This document shows, one piece after another, positions 1 to 8,484 of a stretch of 64,000 nt of DNA. The position numbers and the translations under genes were made by a program. The notes beneath the pieces are model-generated. The model searched no databases. It saw only the letters and a list, made by a program, of their open reading frames with translations, and was not told where the DNA came from. How positions within the stretch are numbered: position 1 is the stretch's first letter; each line of letters opens with the position of its first letter. Source of the DNA: an uncultured Nitrososphaerota archaeon. GTDB lineage: Archaea > Thermoproteota > Nitrososphaeria > Nitrososphaerales > Gagatemarchaeaceae. Where the stretch lies: NCBI GenBank assembly GCA_963838925.1, contig CAWISW010000003.1, forward strand, positions 736,001 through 800,000. Direction: 5' to 3'.

Positions 1-416
1 ACATGTCGACCGCGACCGAGCTCGCCAACGAGCTCGTCCGGGCGGAAGGCGTCCCGTTCCGCCAAGCCCACCAGATAGTTGGCGAGCTCGTGCGCATAGC
101 CGTCGAGAAGGAGATGTCCCTCGAGGACTCCGCCGACGAGTTCCTAGCCGAGGTAAGCAAGAAGGTGACGGGCCGAGCGATAAAGATTGATAAAGCGCGT
201 CTTCGGGCCGTGCTCGATGCACTCAAAACCCTGATGCTTATCGGAAGCGCCGGCGGAGCGAACCCAAAGTTCGCAAAGCGGCAGGCAGTGCAGAACAAGA
301 AAGAGATAGAAAGACTTAGCATTTGGCTCGTAGAGAAAGAGAACAAACTCAATGAATCCAGGACCAGTCTCCGCCACGAAGTGCGCTCGTATCTGAAACG
401 CGAGGTGAGAAGCTAG
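1..416 (+). CDS. argH: argininosuccinate lyase, C-terminal part (5' truncated by window)
   Basis: STATELANELVR..GVPFRQAHQIVGELV is the ArgH C-terminal motif; lies upstream of lysW-argX. Confidence 0.9.
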   Translation, partial: MSTATELANELVRAEGVPFRQAHQIVGELVRIAVEKEMSLEDSADEFLAEVSKKVTGRAIKIDKARLRAVLDALKTLMLIGSAGGANPKFAKRQAVQNKKEIERLSIWLVEKENKLNESRTSLRHEVRSYLKREVRS

Positions 417-590
417 CTGAAGACAAAATGTGAAGAGTGCGATGCAGACATCAACGTCCCAGACGACGCCATCGTCGGAGAGATAGTGAAGTGCAAGGAG
501 TGCAGCTCCGACTACGAGGTGGAGTCGATATCCAAGGGCGTCGTCAAGCTCAAGCCGGCAGAGGTCGCCGAGGAAGACTGGGGCGAATAG
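417..590 (+). CDS. lysW: amino-group carrier protein LysW (copy 1), 57 aa, CTG start; not in ORF track
   Basis: Manual translation MKTKCEECDADINVPDDAIVGEIVKCKECSSDYEV...AEEDWGE*: two CxxC and C-terminal EDWGE; GAGGTGA Shine-Dalgarno-like (SD) sequence upstream. Confidence 0.95.
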   Translation: MKTKCEECDADINVPDDAIVGEIVKCKECSSDYEVESISKGVVKLKPAEVAEEDWGE

Positions 591-596
591 ACTAGA

Positions 597-1454
597 TTGA
601 AGCTCGCAATCACCTTCGACAGGCTCCGCCTCGAGGAGAAGGAGCTGCAGAAGGAGGCACAGAAGGCCGGGTGCAAGTCGGAGCTCATCGACGTAAGGAA
701 GCTCTCGTTCAACATCACAGGGAAGAAGATGGGCAACGGCTTCGGCGACGTCGTTCTCCAGAGGTGCATAAGCTACTACCGCTCCATCTTCCTAGCCCGG
801 ATCCTCGAGAACTTCGGGGTCCACGTGATCAACTCGACCAAGGTCTCTGAGGCGTGCGGGAACAAGCTGGTCACCTCGATGCTCCTGGCGAAGGCCGGCG
901 TCCCGACCCCGAAGACCTACGTCGCCCTCGATGCCGAGTCCGTGTTCGAGACGGCCGAGAAGGTGGGATACCCCGTGGTCATCAAGCCCTTCACGGGCAG
1001 CTGGGGCCGGATGGTGGACATCGCCAAGGAGCCGCAGACCCTCGGGACGATAGTGGAGTACCGAGAATCGATGCAGAGCCCGGTCGAGCACATGTACTAC
1101 ATCCAGGAGTTCGTAAAGCGGCCGCCGCGCGACATCCGGCTCATCGTCGCGGGCGACGAGGTGATCGCCTCGGTCTACAGGAACGCCCCGAAGGGAGATT
1201 GGCGCACGAACGTGGCGAGGGGGGGCACCACGACCAGTTTCAGGCTCAACAAGGAGATAGAGGACATCACGCTGAGGGCAGCGAAGGCTGTGGGCGGAGG
1301 GATCCTGGGAGTCGACGCAATGGAGTCCAAGGACGCGGGCTACACCGTCCACGAGGTCAACAACACCGTGGAGTTCAAGGGAGCGCAGGTCGCCACGGAG
1401 CACAGAATCGCCAAGAAGATAATCGACTATGTGATCCGGGAGGCCAAGAGATAA
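597..1454 (+). CDS. argX: LysW-glutamate ligase (RimK/ATP-grasp), ArgX-type
   Basis: KPFTGSWGR, PPRDIR; WRTNVA and EFKGA match the glutamate-specific signature; follows argH-lysW. Confidence 0.8.
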   Translation: MKLAITFDRLRLEEKELQKEAQKAGCKSELIDVRKLSFNITGKKMGNGFGDVVLQRCISYYRSIFLARILENFGVHVINSTKVSEACGNKLVTSMLLAKAGVPTPKTYVALDAESVFETAEKVGYPVVIKPFTGSWGRMVDIAKEPQTLGTIVEYRESMQSPVEHMYYIQEFVKRPPRDIRLIVAGDEVIASVYRNAPKGDWRTNVARGGTTTSFRLNKEIEDITLRAAKAVGGGILGVDAMESKDAGYTVHEVNNTVEFKGAQVATEHRIAKKIIDYVIREAKR

Positions 1455-2515
1455 TGGTCCGCGTCGGAGTCCTGGGGGCGTCAGGCTACGCCGGAGGCGA
1501 GCTCCTGCGGCTCCTCCTCGAGCACGGCAAGGTGGAGCTGGCGTTCGCGAGCTCGCGGAGATACGCGGGCGAGTACCTGTTCCGGGTCCACCCCAACCTG
1601 AGGGGCGTCACCGAGATGCAGTTCGTGGGCAACGACCTCTCCAAGATATCGGGAGGGGCGGACCTGATCTTCACCGCGCTCCCTCACGGGGAGTCGATGA
1701 AGTTCCTGCCGCAGCTGATCAAGACCGGCGTGAAGGTGGTCGACCTGAGCGCCGACTTCCGCCTGAAGAACCCGGCAGACTACGAGACGTGGTACGGGTT
1801 CAAGCACCCAGCCCCGGAGATGCTCGAGAAGTTCGTGTACGCCGTCCCTGAGCTCAACAAGGACGAGATCAAGGGCGCCAGCCTCTCAGCTTCGCCGGGG
1901 TGCATGGCGATCACGTCGATCCTCGCGCTCGCGCCGCTCTTCAAGCAGAAGGAAGTGAAGATAGACAAGGACCACGTAGTGGTGGACGCGAAGATAGCGT
2001 CGTCCGGCTCGGGAGGCAAGCCCTCCCTCGCCACCCACTTCTCCGAGAGGTACGGGGTCGTCCGGCCGTACAAGCCCGTCGGGCACAGGCACAGCGGGGA
2101 GATCGAGCAGGTGATGAGCGGGCTCTCGGGCTCGAAGGTCACGGTCTCGATGTCTGCGCACGCAATCAACATGGTGCGCGGGATACTCTCGACATGCCAC
2201 GTCTTCTACGAGGGCGACATCCAGAACTCCACCGTCTGGAAGATGTATCGCTCGCTCTACAACGGCCAGCCGTTCATCCGCATGATCAAGGACAAGCAGG
2301 GGCCGTTCCGGCTGCCAGACCCCAAGGTCGTCATCGGCTCGAACTTCTGCGACATCGGGTTCGAGATCGACGAGCGGGGGCACCGGATAGTCGCGATAGG
2401 GGCCATCGACAACCTGCTCAAGGGGGCCGCGGGCAACGCTGTGCAGGTGATGAACCTCATGCTGGGCTTCGACGAGAAGCAGGGGATATCCGCCGCCCCG
2501 CTCCACCCGGTGTAG
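1454..2515 (+). CDS. lysY: LysW-gamma-aminoadipyl/glutamyl-phosphate reductase (ArgC family)
   Basis: ATG at 1454 overlaps the upstream TAA; GASGYAG, SPGC, DNLLKGAAG. Confidence 0.93.
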   Translation: MVRVGVLGASGYAGGELLRLLLEHGKVELAFASSRRYAGEYLFRVHPNLRGVTEMQFVGNDLSKISGGADLIFTALPHGESMKFLPQLIKTGVKVVDLSADFRLKNPADYETWYGFKHPAPEMLEKFVYAVPELNKDEIKGASLSASPGCMAITSILALAPLFKQKEVKIDKDHVVVDAKIASSGSGGKPSLATHFSERYGVVRPYKPVGHRHSGEIEQVMSGLSGSKVTVSMSAHAINMVRGILSTCHVFYEGDIQNSTVWKMYRSLYNGQPFIRMIKDKQGPFRLPDPKVVIGSNFCDIGFEIDERGHRIVAIGAIDNLLKGAAGNAVQVMNLMLGFDEKQGISAAPLHPV

Positions 2516-2518
2516 TCC

Positions 2519-3331
2519 ATGAGGACAGTCGTGAAGCTGGGCGGAGACATCGTCAAGGGAGAGATACCGCCAGACCTCTTGGCCGACCTGAAGAAGCTAG
2601 TCCAGACCAACCAGGTCGTCCTCGTCCACGGAGGCGGGGATGTCGTGACGGAGATCGCCACCAAGCTGGGCAAGGAGCAGCGCTTCGTCGTCTCCCCCGA
2701 CGGGATGAAGAGCAGGTACACCGACAGGGCGACCGTCGAGATATTCACAATGGTCATGTGCGGGCTCATCGCGAAGAAGCTGGTCGAGATCCTCCAGCGC
2801 GGCGGGATCAGCGCGGTCTCGCTCTCCGGGCTTGACGGCGGCGTGCTGCGGGCGACGAGGAAGAAGAAGCTCCTGATCGTGGACGAGCGGGGACGGAAGG
2901 TGGCGATCGAGGGCGGCTACACCGGCAAGATGCAGTCGGCGGGCGGGCCGGTTGTCGAGGCGCTCCTGGAGCGCGGGGTGGTCCCCGTAATCTCTCCCGT
3001 GGCCATGGGAGAGGAGGCTGAGCCGCTCAACGTCGACTCGGACAGGGCGGCGGCCTTCATGGCGATGGGCGTCCACGCCGACTCGGTCCTCTTCCTGACC
3101 GACGTCAAGGGCTTCATGATGGACGGGAAGGTGGTCGAGAAGCTGACCCCGGAGGCCGCGCGCGAGCTCCTCCCCAAGACCGGGTTCGGCATGCAGAAGA
3201 AGATACTCGCCGGCGTCGAGGCCGTGGAGGCGGGCGTAGGCGAGGCCATAATAGCGTCTGGGTTCGGCCCAGAGCCTCTCTCAAACGCCCTTATGCACAA
3301 GGGCTGCACGGTCATGTCAAGGGCACAGTGA
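2519..3331 (+). CDS. lysZ: LysW-aminoadipate/glutamate kinase (ArgB family)
   Basis: VVKLGG, VHGGG, SRYTD, GGYTG, LNVDSD, GMQKK. Confidence 0.93.
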   Translation: MRTVVKLGGDIVKGEIPPDLLADLKKLVQTNQVVLVHGGGDVVTEIATKLGKEQRFVVSPDGMKSRYTDRATVEIFTMVMCGLIAKKLVEILQRGGISAVSLSGLDGGVLRATRKKKLLIVDERGRKVAIEGGYTGKMQSAGGPVVEALLERGVVPVISPVAMGEEAEPLNVDSDRAAAFMAMGVHADSVLFLTDVKGFMMDGKVVEKLTPEAARELLPKTGFGMQKKILAGVEAVEAGVGEAIIASGFGPEPLSNALMHKGCTVMSRAQ

Positions 3332-4560
3332 TAGAGTTGGCAACCAAGAAGAAGCTCGACATCATAGCGACCGAGGACGCCCACGGCCCTCACACGTACC
3401 AGAAGTTCCCCGTGGCCATAGTCCGCGGCAAGGGGGCGCTCGTCTGGGACGACAAGGGGCGCGAGTACGTGGACTGCATGGGCGGCTACGGGGTCGCAAT
3501 CGTGGGCCACACCAACGACAAGGTCGTCGCCGCGATAAAGCGCCAGGCCGAGACGCTGATAACGTGCCACGGCTCGCTCTACAACGACGCGCGAGCCGAG
3601 TTCCTCGAGACGCTCACGTCCTGCTCCCCGAAGGGCCTCGACGCGGCGTTCCTCTCGAACAGCGGGGCGGAGGCGGTCGAGGTCGCGATAAAGATCGGGA
3701 GGAAATTCACCGGGAAGAAGGGCCTGATCGCGATGAAGGGAGCCTACCACGGAAAGACCGCCGGGGCGCTCTCGGCCACCTGGAGCAAGAGATACCGCGA
3801 GCCCTTCGAGCCGCTCCTACAGGGAGTGAAGCACGTCGAGAACGGCGACCTGGGGGCCCTCGAAAGGGAGATCGACTCGGACGTCGGGGCGGTCATCATA
3901 GAGCCCATCCAGGGCGAGGGCGGCATCGTCCTCCCGCCCAAGGGCTTCCTCCGCGGGGTCCGCGAGATCTGCGACAGGAAGGGCCTCCTGCTGATAGCCG
4001 ACGAGATCCAGACGGGGCTGGGAAGGACTGGGAAGCTCTGGGCGATGGAGAACTGGGGCGTCGTACCGGACATCATGACCGTGGCCAAGGGACTGGCGGG
4101 CGGCGTCCCAATAGGCGCCACTGTGACGAGGGCCGACATCCTAGACTCGCTGAAGAAGGGCGAGGCGACGAGCACTTTCGGGGGCAACCCGCTCGCTTGC
4201 GCCGCCGGGACGGCCACTCTTCGATACATCTTGGACAACGACCTTCCGGCGATGGCCAAGAAGAAGGGTAAGCTCTACCTGGACAAGCTCAAGGCGATGG
4301 GCGAGGAGCACCAGATCACGAGGGAGGCGAGGGGGCTGGGCCTCATGCTTGCCTTCGAGCTCAGGGTCGACATCCAGGAGCTGCTGAACGAGTCCATGAC
4401 GATGGGCGCGATCTTCACCTACTCCGGTCGCACGATAGTCAGGATGCTCCCCCCGCTTGTCATCACCGAGCGGCAGATCGAAAAGTCAGTCAAGATACTC
4501 GGGGATGCCGTCGGAGCAGAGGAGAAGCGGCGCTCCAGCGGCGGTGGCGGCGTTGGATAA
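3328..4560 (+). CDS. lysJ: LysW-semialdehyde aminotransferase (ArgD family, class III PLP)
   Basis: SNSGAEAVE, EPIQGEGG, DEIQTGLGRTG, AKGLAGG, STFGGNP. Confidence 0.92.
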   Translation: MIELATKKKLDIIATEDAHGPHTYQKFPVAIVRGKGALVWDDKGREYVDCMGGYGVAIVGHTNDKVVAAIKRQAETLITCHGSLYNDARAEFLETLTSCSPKGLDAAFLSNSGAEAVEVAIKIGRKFTGKKGLIAMKGAYHGKTAGALSATWSKRYREPFEPLLQGVKHVENGDLGALEREIDSDVGAVIIEPIQGEGGIVLPPKGFLRGVREICDRKGLLLIADEIQTGLGRTGKLWAMENWGVVPDIMTVAKGLAGGVPIGATVTRADILDSLKKGEATSTFGGNPLACAAGTATLRYILDNDLPAMAKKKGKLYLDKLKAMGEEHQITREARGLGLMLAFELRVDIQELLNESMTMGAIFTYSGRTIVRMLPPLVITERQIEKSVKILGDAVGAEEKRRSSGGGGVG

Positions 4561-4969
4561 GACCGACGAGCAGATACTACAGATACTAAGACAGGACTCG
4601 AGGGCGGCGTTCGTCGACATCGCGACCCGGGTCGGCCTCTCGGAGGCCGCCGTCAGGAGGAGGGTCTCGAACCTGGTCAAGGAGGGCACCATCAGGAGGT
4701 TCACCATCGACGTCGACGAGCCCCAGACCGCGACGAGCGCCATCACCTACGTGTCGGTCAGCCCATCCGCGCCCACCGCTGACGTCAGCAAGAAGCTGAA
4801 ATCAGTGAAGGGGGTCGAGACCATCTACGAGACGACCGGCTCCTTCGACATCGCCGCGATAATCAAGGGCGAGAGCATCGCGGAGGTGAACAAGTCCGTC
4901 GAGGAGATCAGGAGGCTCGACGGCGTGCTCAAGACAGAGACTACGATAATCCTGCGGACGATAAGGTAG
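4553..4969 (+). CDS. lysM: Lrp/AsnC family regulator, LysM-like
   Basis: TTG at 4553 gives LDKTDEQILQILRQDSR..GLSEAAVRRRV wHTH plus AsnC ligand domain; located in the lys operon. Confidence 0.8.
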   Translation: MDKTDEQILQILRQDSRAAFVDIATRVGLSEAAVRRRVSNLVKEGTIRRFTIDVDEPQTATSAITYVSVSPSAPTADVSKKLKSVKGVETIYETTGSFDIAAIIKGESIAEVNKSVEEIRRLDGVLKTETTIILRTIR

Positions 4970-4997
4970 GTCGAGGGAGACCGCCCTTCGCCCGCGC

Positions 4998-6419
4998 TCA
5001 GCCGTCGCTCGGGTAGACCTCGGACACGGGCATGCTAATCACCCGGCCGCCTTGTCCGGCGACGATCACTTCCTGGCCTGCGAATACAACGTTGCCAGGC
5101 CCGAGCCCGGCTCCCACATCGGTCGTCTTCAGGAGCGCTCCTGTGGTCGGGTTCAGGACGAACATCATGCCGGCGCTGTTCACAATCGAAAGGTATCCCT
5201 CGAACACGTTGGCGTTGGAGGTGTCCGGGCCGGTCTTGAAGCTCCACAGCAGCGCGCCGCTGGACGCATTGACCGCGTAGAGCGTCCCGCTCTCCGTAGG
5301 GTCGGAATAGACGATGCCGTTCCAGACAGTGAGGGGCGGGACCTGAATGGCAGGAGGATGCGCGCCCGCCCCCTCATTGAATTGCCAGAGCACTCGACCG
5401 TCGCTCGCGTTCATGGCGAAGAGGACTGGCTGCAACAGCCCAGTGCTCGTCACGAGCGTGTACCCTGAAACCACCGTGTCGTTCCAGATGGCCGGCGAAC
5501 AGTCGTCCAGCCCGCTGTTAGCCGTCGTCTGAGTGCGCCACGAAATCTGACCAGAGGTCGCATTCACAGAGTAAAAGTCGAAGGGATCAGCCGCCCCGAA
5601 GTAGATCGAGTCGCCCGAGAGCGCCGGAGATGACATGCTCACGTAGGAGCCCTTCGGGAGCGCCGCGTTCCACTCGTCCTGCCCGGTGAGCGGGTCCAGG
5701 GCGTACACGACTCCGTCTCCGTTCGCCCCAATCACCAGGCCATGCGAAATCACAGGGGTGGGCATGTCTTCGCCGCTCGTGGCGTACGTCCACACCACCT
5801 GGCCGTTCGAGGCGTTCAACGCCGCTACGTAGTTTGTCCCCGTCCCCCTCACCTGCGGCGAGGTGCTCTCGAAGACCTTGTTTCCTAGGCCGATCACGAC
5901 GAGGCCGTCGTAGGTTAGAGGCTGGGTCATCATCTGGTTTGGTACCGTTGTCTTCCACACCATCTCGCCGGTCTGCATGTCGATCGCGGCCACCCCGCCC
6001 GAATATTGCGCCATGCCCGAACCTGACATGCCCGAGAGGTCTGCTAGCAGCAGCCCGTCGTAGACGGTCGGGGGTGCGATGACGGAGGCGCCCAGGGTCA
6101 TGTTCAGCGTGGCCATCTCGCCGTCCCAGGTGTAGTTGTACACGTGGGCGCTAGTCCCTTCGAATTGCAGGGCTCCTCCTCCGAGCCCCGGAACTAGCTG
6201 AAAGGAGGAATAGTCCGTCGTCTGCGCCGCAGGCATGTCGGATGACGAGGGGGCCATCCAGGGCATGGTGTCGCTCATGGTCGTGGCTGTGCCCGTGGTC
6301 CCTCTCGTGAGGCTGAGGGGCAGGACGACGAGGGTGGTCACAGCTAGCAGCAGCAGGGTGACCGTCCACTCAGCCCTAGCGACTCTGGGCCTGACGAAGC
6401 TCCGCCGAGGGATGTCCAT
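4998..6419 (-). CDS. membrane-anchored PQQ-like (BamB-type) beta-propeller repeat protein
   Basis: N-terminal hydrophobic helix, Thr-rich linker, repeated (A)xD/NxxTGxxxW blades; start uncertain (6419 or 6467). Confidence 0.75.
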   Translation of the reverse strand: MDIPRRSFVRPRVARAEWTVTLLLLAVTTLVVLPLSLTRGTTGTATTMSDTMPWMAPSSSDMPAAQTTDYSSFQLVPGLGGGALQFEGTSAHVYNYTWDGEMATLNMTLGASVIAPPTVYDGLLLADLSGMSGSGMAQYSGGVAAIDMQTGEMVWKTTVPNQMMTQPLTYDGLVVIGLGNKVFESTSPQVRGTGTNYVAALNASNGQVVWTYATSGEDMPTPVISHGLVIGANGDGVVYALDPLTGQDEWNAALPKGSYVSMSSPALSGDSIYFGAADPFDFYSVNATSGQISWRTQTTANSGLDDCSPAIWNDTVVSGYTLVTSTGLLQPVLFAMNASDGRVLWQFNEGAGAHPPAIQVPPLTVWNGIVYSDPTESGTLYAVNASSGALLWSFKTGPDTSNANVFEGYLSIVNSAGMMFVLNPTTGALLKTTDVGAGLGPGNVVFAGQEVIVAGQGGRVISMPVSEVYPSDG

Positions 6420-6570
6420 GGTCAGCGACAGCCACGGCGAGTAGGCGGCCTGATAAATCTCTAGCATCCTCAACCGAAGAGGCGACCCCACCTTCGCCAT
6501 CACAAACGCGCTTTTCAACCGAGCAAGGGCTTGAGTTTATCACGCCGCTCCGGTAGGAGGGATAGAGAGG

Positions 6571-7350
6571 ATGAATCCTCGACAGGCTCAGGTCGCACTC
6601 GCAATCTTGGTGATACTCCCCATGATACTCATCGTCTACTCGGAGAGCGTGGCCGACCCTGAATCGACGTTCGCCTGGATATACGGCGGGCTCGTGATAG
6701 GCGAGACCCTGGTCCTGCTCTCGTTTGCAATGCTCCTCGCTCGCCTGTCCACCCGAAATCCTGGCTCCTTCCTGGCACGCAGAGTTCAGCTGCCCCGGCC
6801 AGTCAGGGTCATTGCGATGCTGTCCCTGCTCGCCGGGCTTTGCGTCCTCGCGTTCTGGGTCATGGTCGACCTCCTGAGCGGTTACCACAGCTTTCCAGCC
6901 TACTCGTTTGCCGCTCACCCCCTCACGCTCGCGATCTACAACGACATGGGGCTGGGCAGCCTGCCCCTTCCCGACAAGAACCGCGCCCTCGGATTGCTGT
7001 CCTTCGGCGTCGCGGTGCTGTGTTTCATCGCGCTCCGGGCGGAGAAGGGCATCGGAGTCGCCGTGAGGGACGGATTGCTGTTCTTCGCCGCCCCCATCAT
7101 GATCGTCTTCGAGCTCGCGCTCTGGTATTTCGCTCCGGCTGAGATGTACTGGCACGCGACCACCTTCGTTCCTTGGTCCCTCGGTAGGTACCTCACCCCC
7201 GCGCAGTTCCTTGACGTGACGTACTCGCGCCTCACTTTCGTCTGGGGAGGGAACGTCTATCTCATGAGCAACTGGCTCGTGCTGCTTTCAGCCTCCTCGC
7301 TCTTCGCACTCGGCGTAGCGCGCGCCTGGCGCCGAACACACCCGGCGTGA
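6571..7350 (+). CDS. hypothetical multi-pass membrane protein
   Basis: 259 aa ORF with about six hydrophobic segments; ATG preceded by purine-rich sequence. Confidence 0.7.
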   Translation: MNPRQAQVALAILVILPMILIVYSESVADPESTFAWIYGGLVIGETLVLLSFAMLLARLSTRNPGSFLARRVQLPRPVRVIAMLSLLAGLCVLAFWVMVDLLSGYHSFPAYSFAAHPLTLAIYNDMGLGSLPLPDKNRALGLLSFGVAVLCFIALRAEKGIGVAVRDGLLFFAAPIMIVFELALWYFAPAEMYWHATTFVPWSLGRYLTPAQFLDVTYSRLTFVWGGNVYLMSNWLVLLSASSLFALGVARAWRRTHPA

Positions 7351-7365
7351 GACGCCGCGCCCTAA

Positions 7366-7383
7366 ACAATCGTTAAATATTGT
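7366..7383 (+). promoter_or_regulatory. TATA-like box TTAAATA within an ACAAT-N8-ATTGT inverted repeat upstream of lysW2
   Basis: acaat cgttaaat attgt, about 40 nt before the lysW2 start. Confidence 0.4.
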
Positions 7384-7420
7384 CGGTCATCGAGCGGTCA
7401 AAGGAACCCAGGGTGAGTCA

Positions 7421-7594
7421 CTGACGAACTGCGAGGAATGCGACGCTCCGCTGACGATTCCGAGCGACGCCATCCAAGGAGAGATCGTGAGCTGCAAGGA
7501 CTGCGGCGCCTCCTACGAGGTAAAGAAGGACGAGGCCTCCGGGCTCATCACGCTGAAACCAGCCGAGAAAGAGCAAGAGGACTGGGGCGAGTAA
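7421..7594 (+). CDS. lysW: LysW (copy 2), 57 aa, CTG start; not in ORF track
   Basis: MTNCEECDAPLTIPSDAIQGEIVSCKDCGASYEV...KEQEDWGE*; GGTGA SD upstream. Confidence 0.95.
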   Translation: MTNCEECDAPLTIPSDAIQGEIVSCKDCGASYEVKKDEASGLITLKPAEKEQEDWGE

Positions 7595-8454
7595 GGGCTA
7601 CGCCATCGTTTGCTCTGCTCTACGACGTAATCAGGTGGGAAGAGAAGGCCATCGCGCAGGCTGCGGAGAAGAGGGGCGTCAAGGCGACTCTCGTCGACCT
7701 GAAGGAGATGGAGGTCAGCCTGACGGGGGGCGGCTCCGACCCGAAGATCAAAGAGAAGGTCGTCCTCCAGAGGTGCGTCAGCCACTACAGGAACCTCTAC
7801 TCCACTGCAGCCCTCGAGGCCGCCGGCCACACCGTGGTCAACTCGTTCCGGACCGCCTGGAACTCTAGCGACAAGCTCCTCTGCAGCCTCGCGCTCAAGA
7901 GGGCGGGCATCCCGACCCCGGAGACTCACGTCGCCTTCACCGAGGAGGGGGCCATGCGAGCCATCGACAAGCTGGGCTACCCCGCCGTCCTGAAGCCCGC
8001 GATAGGGAGCTGGGGGCGGCTCTCTGCCCTCCTCAAGGACCAGGACTTCGCGCAGGCCGTGATCGAGGACAGGGAGTACATGCACCCGAGCTACCAGGTC
8101 TACTACATCCAGAAGTACGTGAAGCGCCCGCCTCGCGACATCAGGACGTTCGTGATCGGAGACAAGACCGTCGCCGCCATCTACCGCACCTCAACGGGAG
8201 ACTGGCGCACCAACACCGCGAGGGGCGGCAAGGCGGAGCCGTGCAAGATCACCAAGGAGATAGACGACATCTCGGTCAAGGCAGCGAAGGCTGTGGAAGG
8301 ACGCTTCGTGGGGGTGGACCTCATGGAGTCCCCCGACGGGCTCGTCTGCCACGAGGTCAACAACACCACGGAGTTCAAGAACAGCGTGCCCGCGACCGGC
8401 ATCGACATCCCCGGGCTCGCGGTCGAATACCTCGCGGCGCTCGACAAGCGATGA
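7591..8454 (+). CDS. lysX: LysW-aminoadipate ligase (start codon unclear, 7591-7615)
   Basis: LYDVIRWEEK, GSWGR; WRTNTA and EFKNS match the aminoadipate-specific signature. Confidence 0.85.
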   Translation, partial: VRATPSFALLYDVIRWEEKAIAQAAEKRGVKATLVDLKEMEVSLTGGGSDPKIKEKVVLQRCVSHYRNLYSTAALEAAGHTVVNSFRTAWNSSDKLLCSLALKRAGIPTPETHVAFTEEGAMRAIDKLGYPAVLKPAIGSWGRLSALLKDQDFAQAVIEDREYMHPSYQVYYIQKYVKRPPRDIRTFVIGDKTVAAIYRTSTGDWRTNTARGGKAEPCKITKEIDDISVKAAKAVEGRFVGVDLMESPDGLVCHEVNNTTEFKNSVPATGIDIPGLAVEYLAALDKR

Positions 8455-8484
8455 CGTGATTGCCCTGACCCACGGAGCGTCGCC

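Noticed and set aside
854-1453. Apparent N-terminal extensions or fusions in the ORF track (854..2515, 7438..8454, 33370..34206, 44268..45308, 50183..51301, 50629..52011)
   Set aside because: The extensions are off-frame readings of neighbouring genes; family motifs begin only at the downstream starts used above
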